DNA of 62,451 bases, filler included, from Choristocarpus tenellus KU-1152 (GCA_964200185.2; 8 parts of 8 records of this genome joined end to end with filler, not necessarily neighbours in it); one strand, 5' to 3'. Counted from the first letter of the whole stretch, positions 11,601 to 24,692 are shown. Made by a program: numbers and translations. Notes: generated by a model not told the origin, from the sequence alone.

Positions 11601-14425
11601 AAAAAGAGAGTAGATGAGGGATGTCCCAGGGGGGGGGGGGAGTTAGGAAAAAGCGAGTGATGAACTTGGATACATGCAGTTCCTTAGTCATTCTACTCTC
11701 CTGGTTATGTCTGGTACATACATTAGCAGTATGCTTTTTCTTGTTAATGCAAATGAATAAGTAGTAATGGTGAACAGGTGTGGTATGTATGTCATGCCAA
11801 GCTAATGTTTTTTTTTTTTAAACGTTTGCACCACACCATGTGCATCTTGCACACGGCACTTCACCACAACCTGTATTGTAGCCCTATGAATTGCTTTCGA
11901 GAATTGAGTGATTCAAAACATTGATTTTTTGTATTGTATTGTGAATGATGGCAGTATTAACAGAAGCTCAGTGATCTCAACGCAGTCTGGCATGTACAAT
12001 ACATACATACATACATATGTATATATATATATATATATCTTCCCATCACATTTGTATTGAACATTGTGGGGCATTCCATATTGTACCTTAGATGAGTCTA
12101 TTGGATGTCCTGAAAGAGTTGTGTGTTAGTTATCCCACCCCTCTTCTATAATCCACCCCCCCAAATCCTCTGATGCAGGCAAATGCACAAGTAGTCACCT
12201 CTCACCAGAGACTACCCTGCGCCTGCCTCCTTTTGTCGACCCATCCCTGTATCTTTTTGCCATTGCCCTGTGAAGGTTGATCCACGTTTTTTCCTCCTGG
12301 GGCTGTCGGGTGCTCGATGTGAGGGTTGCTTCATTCCTGCTGTTGTGTGATACTACAAGTTGCAGATATATGCTCCCTTAGGATTTCTTTGTTCTCCCTT
12401 TCATGTGGTTTGACTTTGGATTGTGTGAGTAGTATACTTTTATGATATCTTTTTTCCTGCTTTTTATTTTTTGTGTACGTGCCATTCCATTGGAGTGGGC
12501 GTTACTTACCTTATACTTACCGGCTTGTTCATGTGTGTGTCCTAATTACTTCCAATTTATATACACCTGTGTGTGTGTGTGTGTATTTTTATCTCACTGC
12601 TCTAGTACGCTTTGTATGATTGATTTATTTTTGAAAGAATTGCTGTGTTGTGAGGCGTCCTTATCCCCCACCCTTCCCCCCTGGCTCACTTCGATGTTGT
12701 TTGTTGAGAAGAGTGCCTGTGCCATCATTTCTTCTTGAATGCACAATGTAGTATGCACATACTTATGTGTACCTGTGTGTGTATTGTGCAGTTGATTGAG
12801 TGTGACTGACATCCTTCCACTCTGAGACCCCACTTGAAGCTCCTTGAATCTTGTGACCCCTGCCTATAATACGCCTTCAAATTTGCTGCAACACCTTCCC
12901 CTCCTCCCCCCCTTGTGTCTCCCGTCTTGTGTCTGTGCTTTTCCTCCCAGTCCTTGTGTACAGCTGCCCTGAAGCTGCTCCTGTTCGCCTGAAGATGATG
13001 TACTCCTCCAGCAAGGCTAGTGTCGCAGCAGCTGCCGCTGAAGCAGGGGTCAAGGTGGACCACATGGTACGAGAACCTGGTAACGGGTGTTGACTGCATT
13101 GGGCATGTGCTGGGGTGGATTTGTACAAGGGATGGAATGGGCTAGATGTATTTTGGTGGGGATCCTCTTTTTTGTTGGATTCACACGTATAATAATCTAC
13201 TATTATACTGTACAAGGAATGTATCAAGAATGTTAGATTCTGCTACAATTGGAAAAAGAAAAGGTTGGGTACGAGTCGTGTGTGTATGTGTGTGTTTTTT
13301 GTTTTTTTTTCTTGAAACCGAGAGAGCATCCTGCAGTAGTAGTGATACATATCTTTGTTCAATGTGGTATGATGTGCGATAGCTACATGTAAGGATACAT
13401 CCAACCTGTCTGGGACTCAGGCTGGGTAGGATGTACTGCGTAATACCTGCCCCGGGTACTGTATTCTTATCGGTTTGTGTGTTTTGTTTTGTTTCTTGTA
13501 AGAGCAATGCGCAGCAAAAGGATTATCCTGCTTTTATCAGTTAAAAAGGAAAAGAAACACTGGCATTTATCAGTAAACACATGGCCTTCCAAGGTGACAT
13601 TTCAAACTTGGGATCTATTGCTCACTGTGCATGGCATCAGGCCCAAGAAAACACGCAACTGTTAATCTTGTTAGGTAGGGCATTTCCATGTTTGGGGTTA
13701 GGAATCAACATTGATTCCAACAAGATGTGCGAGTGAATCCACCTAGTAAGGGGGTAGATGTCGACCTTTTAGAGGTTTATGGACTTCTTGGACCTTTTGC
13801 AATGTACACGATGACCATGCCTGAAATAATATCAACCCCCTTCACGAGGGTGTATCTGCAAAAACGAGATTAGGAATGATACGTGACACATTGTTAACTG
13901 AAAGCTCTCTCAGCAGTGCTCAAAACACGTGTGCCACAAGGAAGTCACAATGGCCCTCAACATTCTACGTCACCCCCCTCTTAGAGGATATCACTCTGTT
14001 TTTCTTTTTATGTTGAACAACAGCTTTGACAACGCAATCATTTGCACAGGGTACAAGCATGTTGCCCCCACGCCACCCCACCCCACCCCCCCCTCCCCCA
14101 CCTTCATGGGCCTGTTGGCACAATCTGTTCTAATACTGTTAAGGGACTATCAATAGCTACACTTTGAGAAAAGCAGGTTGGAGTTCAGGTATCCATTGTT
14201 TCCCCCCCATACACCCCCACCCCTTGCATGTGCTTGGCCTCCTGACAGGTTGAGATTCGTTCTGCCAACGAGATAAATGATGCTGTAAGTCATGCCATGC
14301 GTTCCAAGGAAGATGGCGGGGGAATGGCCACTGGTGCAAGCCCTTCTATGCCGACCCCTGCCCCTATGGCAAAGCCTAGCCGACCCGGGCGGGGCCGAGC
14401 AAGGCTTACAAAGCGTATGGGGTGA
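8645..14425 (+). CDS. TWF: Twinfilin (two ADF-H domains plus basic tail), 8 exons: 8645-8818, 9360-9500, 9622-9791, 10181-10352, 11500-11580, 12276-12318, 12951-13066, 14249-14425; 357 aa
   Basis: Motifs WVLVAWIPDNAKVRDKMIYSSSK and FLVYSCPEAAPVRLKMMYSSSK, plus tail MAKPSRPGRGRARL. All introns are GT-AG and phases join into one open frame from ATG to TGA. Confidence 0.93.
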
Positions 14426-16185
14426 CTGACCTCACTGTGCTGCTTTTGTCCACCACATTGTGTGAATAATTCTATTCCATGGATTAATTTTCCGGCCATG
14501 ACCCAGTCTTCTGATTGTTCCAAGTAATTGAGGGTTATGGGGTGGGGGGGGCAGGGGGGAGGATTCCGAGACACAACGGTGTGTTTGGAGAGTAAGGGGA
14601 TTTGCAGTGTAGAAAGTGACTCCCATTAGTGCTATTTCTGGTTTTGATTTTTCCATTCTATGAGTTCCTGGCTTGTTCTTGTTTATGTTTGTCTGAAAGC
14701 TCAATGTAGCCATTGTTGTTCCTGTACATTTAGTTCATCTTGGTAGTGTCTACTTTTTTTTGCCTCCTAAGGTTGTCTTGGTTTGCCTTCTATTGAGTCC
14801 TTGCGTGTGATGCTTGCTAGCTCATCCACATGTGTGTGTGTGTGTGTGTGTGTGTTAATGTGTGTATGTTTTTGGGGTTGAAAAGTATCAAGATTAGGCC
14901 TTTTCTATGTGCAGGAAGGTGGAGCAAACTCCACATATCTGACAGGCCTGAGTTTTTAAAACCAAAATGGAGGGAGTGAAGCCTGAAGTTTAATATCGTA
15001 TGACAACATCAATATAACTTGGCAGGAGTAGGTGGATGGTGGCCAACGGGGAAATGATATTTGAGAAGGGTGAAGTCTTTGGATAGATGCTGAGGAGCCC
15101 TAAGATCAGTCCTACAGTGATTAGCATCTATGTCCTGGTTACTGCTTTCTGATAGCCCAATCTTATACATAGTTGTCAAATGTACCAGGTTTGAAGAGTG
15201 TTTGTGGATATGACCATCTCACTCACGTGTACAATGCCTGAGTTTATGAGATAGGATTTAACATCGCCAAAATAAATCATGATGGTCCCATACACTTCAG
15301 GTACAGTTGGGCCTCATATGGATCCTGGTTGGGATCACACCCTTTTCACAGTAAATTTACAGTGTTACATGCTGCTGCGGATTGGGAGAACCAAGTGTGG
15401 TAGGGGGGGAGGAGGTCAATTTTTGGTTCAGTTTGGGCGGTGAATTACTATACTTCAGTGAAATAGAGTGTACGATTTGCAGTTTGATGCTGCATTGTTG
15501 GAACAGAAATTTTCCATGTACTGTGCACATTCCTTGAGGATTGAATTATTGAGGGGGAGGAGTGTGTGTGGCGACCATGTAGTTTCGTACGGTAGTTCAG
15601 GCACAAAGGTTAGGCCCTGTATGGATCGCGGTTAGATGGCAGTATCAAGATTATGAGGTACAACACCATTTGATCTCAATATGTTGACATTCACAAGATG
15701 AGTGCCTCACTCAGTGTTACATATGGGTATCTCAACATGATGACACACACACCCCTCTCAAGAACGGAAAATGATGCATACCTACGTGACCCCAACATAC
15801 ACTACATACTTTTCGTGAAGAAATAATAACAAAAATAACATTAATATTATTGTGACTAACTTTAACCTGAGCGTTCGTTTCAGACAAGGTGGTCGACAAT
15901 GAACAACACTTCAACCTACGAGGAAACCCATCAGATTTCGTACTTCCACTGGTGTCAGGACCCCTCCCCCCCCCATTTTTGTTTGCTACCTGTTGGGGTT
16001 AAGGTTTTGAAAAACATATCCGCAAAAGGCATTTCATACTCTGATGGAGTTTATCCTCCCAAAACATCAAAAGAATAGGACACTTCCTATGGGCGTTATC
16101 CTTTCCGAAAAATCCTTTCCTAGGAGAGGAGAAGATAATACATGCAATCTATTGCACATAGCCATTAATGTATCTTCCAGAGAGA

Positions 16186-16216
16186 GACCCAAAGTATCTG
16201 GGGGGGGGGGGGGGGG
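16186..16216 (+). mobile_element. Poly-G TIR terminus related to the GRG-terminus MITE family (near contig end)
   Basis: GACCCAAAGTATCT followed by a long G-run; compare GAGTCAAAGTATCT / GGGTCAAAGTATCT termini elsewhere in the window. Confidence 0.5.
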
Positions 16217-16435
16217 GTCCACCAGGGTGCCGACATGACGAAACAAAGGGAAAAAGTTCTTCTATAATAACAANNNNNNNNNNNNNNNNNNNNNNNNNNN
16301 NNNNNNNNNNNNNNNNNTTAATTAATTAANNNNNNNNNNNNNNNNNNNNNNNNNNNNNNNNNNNNNNNNNNNNTGATTCTCTTCACCACCCTTGCCTGAG
16401 TGAAGCATGCCGCCACAGAATCACACGATTCACAT

Positions 16436-16495
16436 TGGCGACATTGGTGAGATTCGAACTCACGCGCGCAATGCACACGAACTTAGCAGGCTCGC
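16436..16495 (-). pseudogene. 3' fragment (position 26 to CCA) of tRNA-Ser(GCT); retroposed copy or extended primer-binding site
   Basis: Minus strand G-CGAGC-CTGCTAA-GTTCG (anticodon arm, GCT), long variable arm, GTGAG-TTCGAAT-CTCAC (perfect T arm), CAATGTC-G-CCA. No D arm or 5' acceptor strand, and no oligo-T terminator. Confidence 0.85.
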
Positions 16496-16524
16496 ATATA
16501 CATTCAAGGTGCGTGCCTAATTAC

Positions 16525-19500
16525 CTGGAGAAGATCTGATTGATCTTGACGTGCGTGTACCCCACCATCAAAAAATGTATCTCGACCACACGAATGACAC
16601 TCGCCGCAACCAACAGCCCCGTATATACGAGAAAGAAATTGTTCTTGTTCTCTGAGACGCAGTTGTCGACCTGGGTAGTTTGGGGAGTGGGGAGCGAGGG
16701 AGGGATAGGCGTGAGGCCGATATGTCAGCCCGTTTCACTACGTTTCGTGGAGAAACAGGGCGTGTTACCAGTAGTGCTAGAGCGCAAGCTCTACATCACC
16801 GCCATCATACACGCAAGTTGCAACCCACAAACCAACACTAAATACCATGCAGTTAGTTACTTGGTGGCCGCTATTCAGCGAGTAGATCACAAGTAGGTCG
16901 TCTCAAGATGGAAATTTCTTACCTGCCAATGCGCGTGCTGGATGATGCAACCCCCCGTGTGATCGAGGCTGTTGTTGTACTTGTCAATAAGCCTTGTGAG
17001 GGCAAGGTGGGTGGCTGTGCAGACAAGATTACAACCTGCGTGAATGATGATGTCCGTCGTTAGTTGGCAAATAGTACTCTGCTTACTTACGCATTGTTTA
17101 CTTGGAGCTAAAAAGAGGGGTAATGCAATGTGTTTTTGCGATGTATAGCATATACACCCGACTGGCTGATATAGATGTCTGTCGGTTTCCCTCCTCCTTG
17201 ATTAGTTCTTACGCTCCTCTCGCCCTTCTGAAGCTGAGGCGTACGATGGCAGGGGAGCAAAGTACATCATCAGTTAATCGACTGTTCAATAGGCCTACGG
17301 CATCTGTAGGCAAATCGTGCAAGGATGTACTCATCCTCAGGTATCTAACCTGCGGCGGGTCCCCTCACCATGACACTCAATCAAGTAGTGCGTGCGCAAC
17401 CAGCATCTATTCGGCCGTGTGATTGTTGTGCCACAACCCACAATACGTACCTCCTCCAAGATTTTGAGGAGTGAAGAACACCTCCGCGAACTGGCCTTCG
17501 ACGTGTGCGGTCATGATCTTCTGGCGCTTGGAGTAGTCCCTGATAATAAGGACATGAACCAAAGAAAGGTGTAAAGAAAGGTGTTACGGGGCGTCATCAT
17601 CGTGATGAACGGAATAGGTAGTGGAATTATGTACGTCTCTTTTGGCGGTTATTTCTTGGGACTTTGCACTCACTCGTTCAGTAAAACAGGGTGGTCTATT
17701 CTCTTCTGCGTGCGGCTGCGAACTTGTTGACAAATTGACTATTTTTGCGTGTGGTTACCTGTCACAGCCGTGGGTAGGTGGGTAAAGTGCTGGGAGGGCG
17801 TGGGATGTCTGTTTCGCCGCGTCTACGGACATGAACACGAAGCCGAGAGGTTTTCCGTCGGCTTTGGCCCGCATGGCGCTGCTGGTGTTGTTGGCAATGA
17901 CTAGCGGATCCGCTTGGATAATCTGGTGAACGAGGGAGAGCAACATCACGTCTATAAATAAAATAAATCTGCTTAGAGATGTAAAAAAATGGCCACTTGT
18001 TAACATGTACCAGGTACGTGACAAAAATCGAGTGAAGGTTACAATAAATGTTTATCGTTGCTATTTTTTACAGCTGCATTCAAGGTAAAGACAATATTAT
18101 CGGCACGGGAGCAAGTATGTATGTATGGGGCCGGAAGACCGCAACATGACATGTCCCTCCCACAGCCCGTTGTAGACAACCAGGAAACAGTCCATCACAC
18201 AAGGTGATTGGGCAACTAATAACAACGGCTTGGCACTGATTGAGGCTGCTGCTGTTGCCATAAGCATCTGCATCGGAGTCTTCATTTGCAAAAGGCAACA
18301 GATGTTGTTCCCAATGAAGGGCAATGACGGCAGCATGTTGCTACTGTATGATTGTCGTAAAATTAACGCTGGACACCTACCTTTCGATGGTCTGACAGCT
18401 CCTTGTCGATGGACTCGAGGACGGTGGAGTCATTCGTGGGTTTTACACCGTGCCGCTTCTCTTTTAACGTGACACATATGTCATATTTCATAAATTCGCC
18501 TCCTATCCTCACCCTGATGTTGGGCCTGTCCTCTCTGAGCAATCGGAAGAAGTGCACCTTGCTTACCCACTTGGAAGTGTCGTCAGGATACACCCGTATT
18601 ACCTCTTTGCAAAAATCCTTGTATAGCTCCTAATTAATAATGTTGTTTGTGTAGACAAGTGAGGAATTATTGAGAAGGAACACTCGAAGAACACCGCTGC
18701 ATGATCTCTCGAAGGCGGGATGACCAATAACTTAACTGACAACAGAGAAGAAAGGATCAAGCAAGCTTACATCGTGCGTAATGAAAGAGCAAATAGAATG
18801 ATCTTCGTAAATCTACCACGAGCACCATTCTCTTTGGGTCTCGCCACCGTTTGCAGAAACGTAAAGGAGGTGAATCTACCATCATCATCATCATCATCAC
18901 GAAGTCCTTGAGACATATGAAGTACACACTTTTACTACCAAGGTCAGACCGGGCCCAGGGCCGCAGAGTGGGTGTACACAGCGGTGACATAACAGTTACT
19001 GGGCCTTCCTCCGTAAAAGCGACGAAGAGTATCATCATCATCATTGTAGTCTCGATATTACAAAGAAAAAAAATAGTACTTCGTACGAAGCTTCACATTT
19101 TTTTTTAACCATAATCTCAGACCGGTCAAAGTAATAACCACCCACCACTTGAAATACTCCTTCGATCCACTTCTTCTACGTATTTCTGGGTCACACGGTT
19201 TGCAACTAACTCCAACGCAGGGTGTGGCCAACCTCTCCACAACCAAGGGCAAAACCTACCTCTTTGTTCGTGGCGTAGATCACAATTGCGGTCTTGTGAG
19301 GCATGAACTTCCCGTACGTATCCACCCAGTAGTCTATCCAGGGCATCACCAGGTCTCGCTTCGGAGCCATGCCCTTCTCTTTGTTCGTGCTCTTCCTATT
19401 GTAGTAGCGCACGTATGTATATATGGATGGGAAGTGTGTTGGAGGTGGATATAAGGGACGGGGGATGGAATCGTAGAGGAATCGTAGGCCGGCAGTGGAT

Positions 19501-20255
19501 ATCTAATTATCTAGGTATTTACGCGTGGTAACTACAGCAGCAGCGCAAGGAGGGTCGGATAAGATGATATTGTTGAAGCATAAATAAACATATCACACAT
19601 AATACATACACATATATGTAACACATAACTCCACGCTGGAGGGATCTTCAACTCTGTACATCAGACATCTAGGAGTGGTAACTGCAAACTGAATGTGGCG
19701 CGTATGGTCGGATTACATTGTTCTGAGATAGGACTACTGTTCAATACATCAAACCCATCTCTCCACACTGGAGGATGCTCTTGCGTTAGGTATACCTTTG
19801 CAAGCATTGATGACATGATTGGATATTCACAACGATGCCTTGAAAACTGTGTACAAACAGGAATGCCAGCTGAAAGCATAGATCCGCCTCCAGGTCCCAA
19901 CTTAATGACAGGTACACGGTCACCAACAAAGCGCTTGCAATCGCGGCGGTTCTCACACGCCCGGATGATGTCCTGCTCATTGGCCAACGTGTGGGCAAGG
20001 AAGGACTCGCTATCTGTCGCTAACTTCTTCACACAGGCTAAGCGCTTGCAGCAGTCACCCTGTTCGTTGACCGGGATAGGTTGAGCCCATTCTCGGCGAA
20101 GCTTGGCGCTGGTCGCTGAAGCGTCAGTGGTAGAATGCTCCAGCGCATCATTGTTGGCGGGCTGATGAGGGGGCAACGAAGGGGGCGGCACGGGCGACAA
20201 AAGCCACCCCCTTGCTGTGGGAGCAACTGTCGTGGTGTTTTTCGGGCAACAGGCG
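16525..20255 (-). mobile_element. Intron-containing Sola-like (DUF7869-type) DDD transposase, probably inactivated; exons ~20255-19795, ~19396-19260, ~18629-18381, 17922-17759, 17539-17451, 17035-16923, 16670-16525
   Basis: Spliced product contains CCKRLAC, GIPVC..F, YGKFMPH, EFMKYDIC, FMSVDAAKQ..HALP and WQVDNCVSENKNN...FLMVGYTHVKINQIFS, matching the family pattern I.xDGxDQ / QxDNxxxENKN / FLxVGHTHxDIDQxFS. GT-AG introns; phases checked for the last four exons. Confidence 0.78.
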
Positions 20256-20392
20256 NNNNNNNNNNNNNNNNNNNNNNNNNNNNNNNNNNNNNNNNNNNNT
20301 TAATTAATTAANNNNNNNNNNNNNNNNNNNNNNNNNNNNNNNNNNNNNNNNNNNNCATCCCCTCCCCTGTTGGCCTCCTGTGATGTGGGCAG

Positions 20393-23259
20393 GCTGCTTC
20401 GAGCTTCCTGTCCGCGATACCTACTTTGCATCCCTACATGAGAGAAGCGATTCACCAGCAGTTGCCCCCACCGACGCCACTAGCAAGAAATGACTTGGGT
20501 GTGGTCAAACCTGAGTCGAAGGCGTTTAGACGAGCCAGACGAACTGATCGCCCACAGGGAAAGGCGCAGAGAATTGATAGAGTTGAAGGTGAGGTGATTA
20601 AAACAGCGCCTGGTGGGGTTGCGCAGACGGGTGGAAATGTGGTGGAAATGAAAGGAGGATCTAAGGTTCAGGTTGAGTCAACTGCTGGGGAGAAAGGAGA
20701 GCTGGAGGGGGAGGAGCAGTTTGAGGAGCTGCTCGAAGAAAGAGTTCAACAAGAGGCAAGGGGTAAGGCCGAGGAAATACATACTGGCAGCAAATGCCCA
20801 GTGTTGAACCCACAACATTCCGATGGGATGCTGGAAGTAGTGCCAAGTTCTTGCCTCTCTCCTACCCACATCGATGGAGAGATTGTGGAGAAGGAAACAA
20901 TGTCAATTGAGAAGCGGTTGAAGAGCTTTGATGTTTCCACCTCCGAAGCTTGTGCTGGTGCTGCTGGTGGAGCAGGAAAAGATGTGGTGGTGAGAGCATG
21001 TGAAGCTGGCAGTGTGGATGGTATTGAAAAGTCTCTAACAACTGTTTCGCTTGCTGATGGCAGGGACGTGTTACCCACTCCAGAGGGAGATGTGGGGCAA
21101 TCTATAGCAAATGTAGTTCTGTTCAATCCACCAATGGGCCACAAAACTGCAACATCCCTGCATGCAGCGCTCGGAGTAGCAGTGACTGAGGCTGGTGGTG
21201 TAGCGGGGGTAGATAGCACAAGAGGGAAAGGAGAAACAAATTCAGGTGAGAGTAGCAGCGTGGCAGCGAGAGAGTCTGATGACAGGTCAAGTCCTGAAGG
21301 GACAGTGGTCAGAGGCAGCACCAGTACCAAACAGGACAAGTTTGTTGGTGGAGAAAGGAGGAGGGTATCTTTTGCAACAGGGACTAAGGAAGAACCTCTG
21401 CCTTCTCCCCCTTGTCAAGAGGTGGGAAGCGAGAGGGGGAAGCCTTCCACGGTTGGAACAGGGCGGCTACGAAGGCAGAAACGAGAGGATCGCATGACTT
21501 CCAAAGGACGCAAGCCCCCCCCCCCACCACGCCCTGCTGTGTTGGGGAAGGTGGTGGAGAGGACGCCAGCAAGTACTCTAACAATGACTGGTAACTGTGG
21601 TATGGGGCGAGAGGTGGAGGGTCATGTACCAAAGTTTGAGGCTGATCTCTCCTTCCGGGTACTGAGTAGGCAGGTCTATGACAGTAGGCAGATGTTTAAC
21701 CCACATGGAGAGGTATCTGAGGTGCTTGATGAAGGAAGTTGTAAGGGTGGTGGCGAGTCTGAGGAGGAAGAGTCCAAGGATGAGGAAGATGAGGAGGGTG
21801 AGAAGGGTGGAGATAGTGAGGATGAGAATGACAGGTGTGTATGCAATGCATCTTGATGCATATTCACTCCCTCCTGTTCTAGACAGGCCTTGGCTTGCCT
21901 CAGGTACCCACTTTCAATATTGAGTTTGCATGTTCTCATCAGGCACTCACTCACTTGTGGCTTTGTCAGTGTGTGGACTAGCTTAACCTTAAAGTTGAAG
22001 TCATATTACTTCACCCACTGTTACCTACAAACAATCGAACTGGGTAATTCAGGGCAATCTGGCTGGAGGCCTTTGGAGAGGAAATGCCTGAAGGTGTAGC
22101 AAGCACCCCGTGGTTGGACATGGATGCAATCAAGAATCGACAACTACGAGAAGAATTTGTAAGGGTCAACATCCATCATTTATCACAACATCCAACATTT
22201 ATCACTCTCCTGAATAGATACCCTTTAAAATGCATCACCTCACAGAGAAAGTATTGTACAGTGTGTTGACAAATATCTCGCTGTAAGTGTTGTGATTCAA
22301 GTTGGAACGCTGTACTGAGCACAGTATGTGGGCTTGGCAAATGTATTGGAGGCATGATCCACTTTCTCATGCATCCTTAGTCTTGTCATATTGAAGCACC
22401 TACTGCAGTTAAGGTTGCTTGAAATTGTCATGCCATGTGTGTGTTCATGTCCCCAACTCAACTAGTCCAACCTGTTTTCTGAATTTTACCTTGTAGTGGT
22501 GGCTTTTGGATGTTCAAGGTGGTTCTTGTTTGTATCTTTCTATTATTTGAATTCTGCCTGGAAGTTGTTAAACTTGTCCACTTCAATTAAGTTTTATTTC
22601 AACCTATTTCTCAGGTGTCATCAATTGGCATGTTTGCTACACTCTGGAGCACCATGGCTGATTGGGTCACACATGAGACTCGGGGGGTTTGTCAAGTTGT
22701 GAGAGAAGTAGTGGTTAAAGCAAATCAACATGCCAACCAAACAAGACTATCTGGCAAGGAGGCAGGCATGGAAGAGAACAAGGTGATTACTACTATGATT
22801 ACTGAAGTTGCTAAGGCTGCGGAGAAAGCCCTGGCAGGTGTAAGACCACAATCTGCTGTCAACATTTCAATGACTGCTGCTCAGCGACAAAGTGCAATCA
22901 GCTCCATGGTGAACACTCACCTGCCCCATGCTGAGCGGGTGTTGAGGGTTGGACATGCCTACGATGGTAGTGACTTCAGTGGTGGCTCAGCTGATCAAGA
23001 CCTAAGGATAGAAAAGTCGGGTTGTCGAGGGGCAAGGGCGGTAGGGTGTAGACGGGCGGTGGCAGCACTGATAGAAACTTTCAGTGTCAGTTTGGAAGGC
23101 CCAGGCTTATCAACCAAGCAGTGGCAGGTTGTGTCTCTGGTGTTGCTCTCAGTGCTCGGTTTAGATGTGTGGAGTATGGGGGCGTATTGTGCAGAAGAAC
23201 TAGGGCTTTCCAAGCGGGAGTTTGAAATGTTGTGTCAGGTCTTTCTTGAAGAATTGTGA
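20393..23259 (+). CDS. RPAP2: RPAP2/Rtr1-like RNA polymerase II CTD phosphatase, 3' part (exons 20393-21834, 22053-22158, 22615-23259; N-terminal zinc finger lies off-contig)
   Basis: SSIGMFATLWSTMADWVTHET, LIETFS...LSTKQWQVVSLVLL and terminal LSKREFEMLCQVF resemble the conserved C-terminal region of plant/protist RPAP2. Exon phases are consistent. Long low-complexity middle exon. Confidence 0.72.
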
Positions 23260-23909
23260 ATTATTGTTCATAATATAGAATGTGTAGTTTTCCCCTTGAG
23301 TATCAAGCATCATCCCATTTCAAGACAATTCAAGACAGCAACACTCAGCAAATCTAGGTCGAGGTTTGGGATTGGCAGTTTTTGTTGGGGGGACCTAAAG
23401 CTCTAGATGTTGAGTATTGTTACACATGCCCATAGAAATTTCCTCTTGTTGTATGTTGTGGATAGTAAGACCTGTAGAAGGGAGATGAAAGGGATATGCA
23501 ACGTTTAGTAACCTATTACCTCAATATATGCAATGTTTAGTGGACTATTCCAAGATTGATCTGAAGATTTATATTCCATAAAGGTCTGTGGGGTGTCCAA
23601 CAGCCACCAACTTCATTTCTATGTCCTGTGTAGTGACATGAATGACATGTCATCCCCACTGTTGCATGTCTCACGCCCTCATTATCTTCTCATGGGTGCT
23701 GATGGGTGCTGATGTGATGCACGCTCTAATGGAAGTACTTGAGTACAGGATCCAAGTGGGAGTGATGATGATGGTGCACAAACAACTTACACCAACTAAG
23801 CCCAGGTATTGAACTACTCACGCTATTAATAGGAGGTAAAGGTGCAGCATGTGGTGCATGTGACCTGGAGGTTTGGCGATCTTTTCAACTTCCTCAGGTC
23901 TTCTCTAGG

Positions 23910-23975
23910 CGTCAAAGTGTCAAATTGTCAAGGTATCAAGGTGTCAATTGTCAAGGTATCGAGGTGTCAAAGTAT
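23910..23975. repeat. Short tandem repeat (~8-bp unit GTGTCAA[AG])
   Basis: gtcaaagtgtcaaattgtcaaggtatcaaggtgtcaattgtcaagg... Confidence 0.75.
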
Positions 23976-24692
23976 ACAACACACATTGGGACATGAGTGC
24001 AGAAAATCTGCCTCCTCATTGGACCTGAGAGAGGGAAAGGCTGGCCTTGACATGGAAGTTTGTCCTAGGTCCCACCTCTTGAAGGTTCCTCTGTATTTGG
24101 TACTTTGAAATATGTTTTAGATGTAGCTGTAAGAGGAGGGGCAGGGGGAAGATGACTACCACTGCATTTTTCATGGAAGGGACAAGTGTATATTTTTGTC
24201 TTGTTTTGGTGGTGTGGTACAGTAAGGGTTGGGGTAGATATTTAGATGATATCAGAAGTGGGGTTAGGTGAAACTAAGGTCAGGTGAGTATTGCAATAAA
24301 ATGATGGGACTACTTGTCCTAGATGTATTGGTGCCTTGCCAATGCATGTATTTCCCACTAAACCTGTGTTTAGCATTCAGCCAGTCTGAATTATTTTGCA
24401 TACAATGCACTTGAACTTGCTCTATGAACACAGCTTGTGAATGCTTTGATGCATACATCTGCGCTAGAAAATAACCCAAGTTATCAACACTTCTGGGGTG
24501 GAAAACTGGCAAAGTTCAGGTTTGGAAAAGGTCATTGCATGTTTTTGTCAAGGACCTTCAGCGTCAATTTTTTTGGACAAAAATTTGAAGTGTTGTACTC
24601 AAGGAAGGACACATGCTGCTACCAACGAAGGTGGTGTAGACTGGCTTCAATCAAGGATATCAAACAGTACAATGTAAAACCATCTAAAATGT

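Noticed and set aside
20124-20141. TCAGTGGTAGAATGCTC tRNA-Gly A-box-like motif
   Set aside because: No anticodon or T arm follows, and it lies within the antisense of a transposase exon; likely chance.
20746-21339. 197-aa minus-strand ORF
   Set aside because: Antisense shadow of the long RPAP2-like exon.
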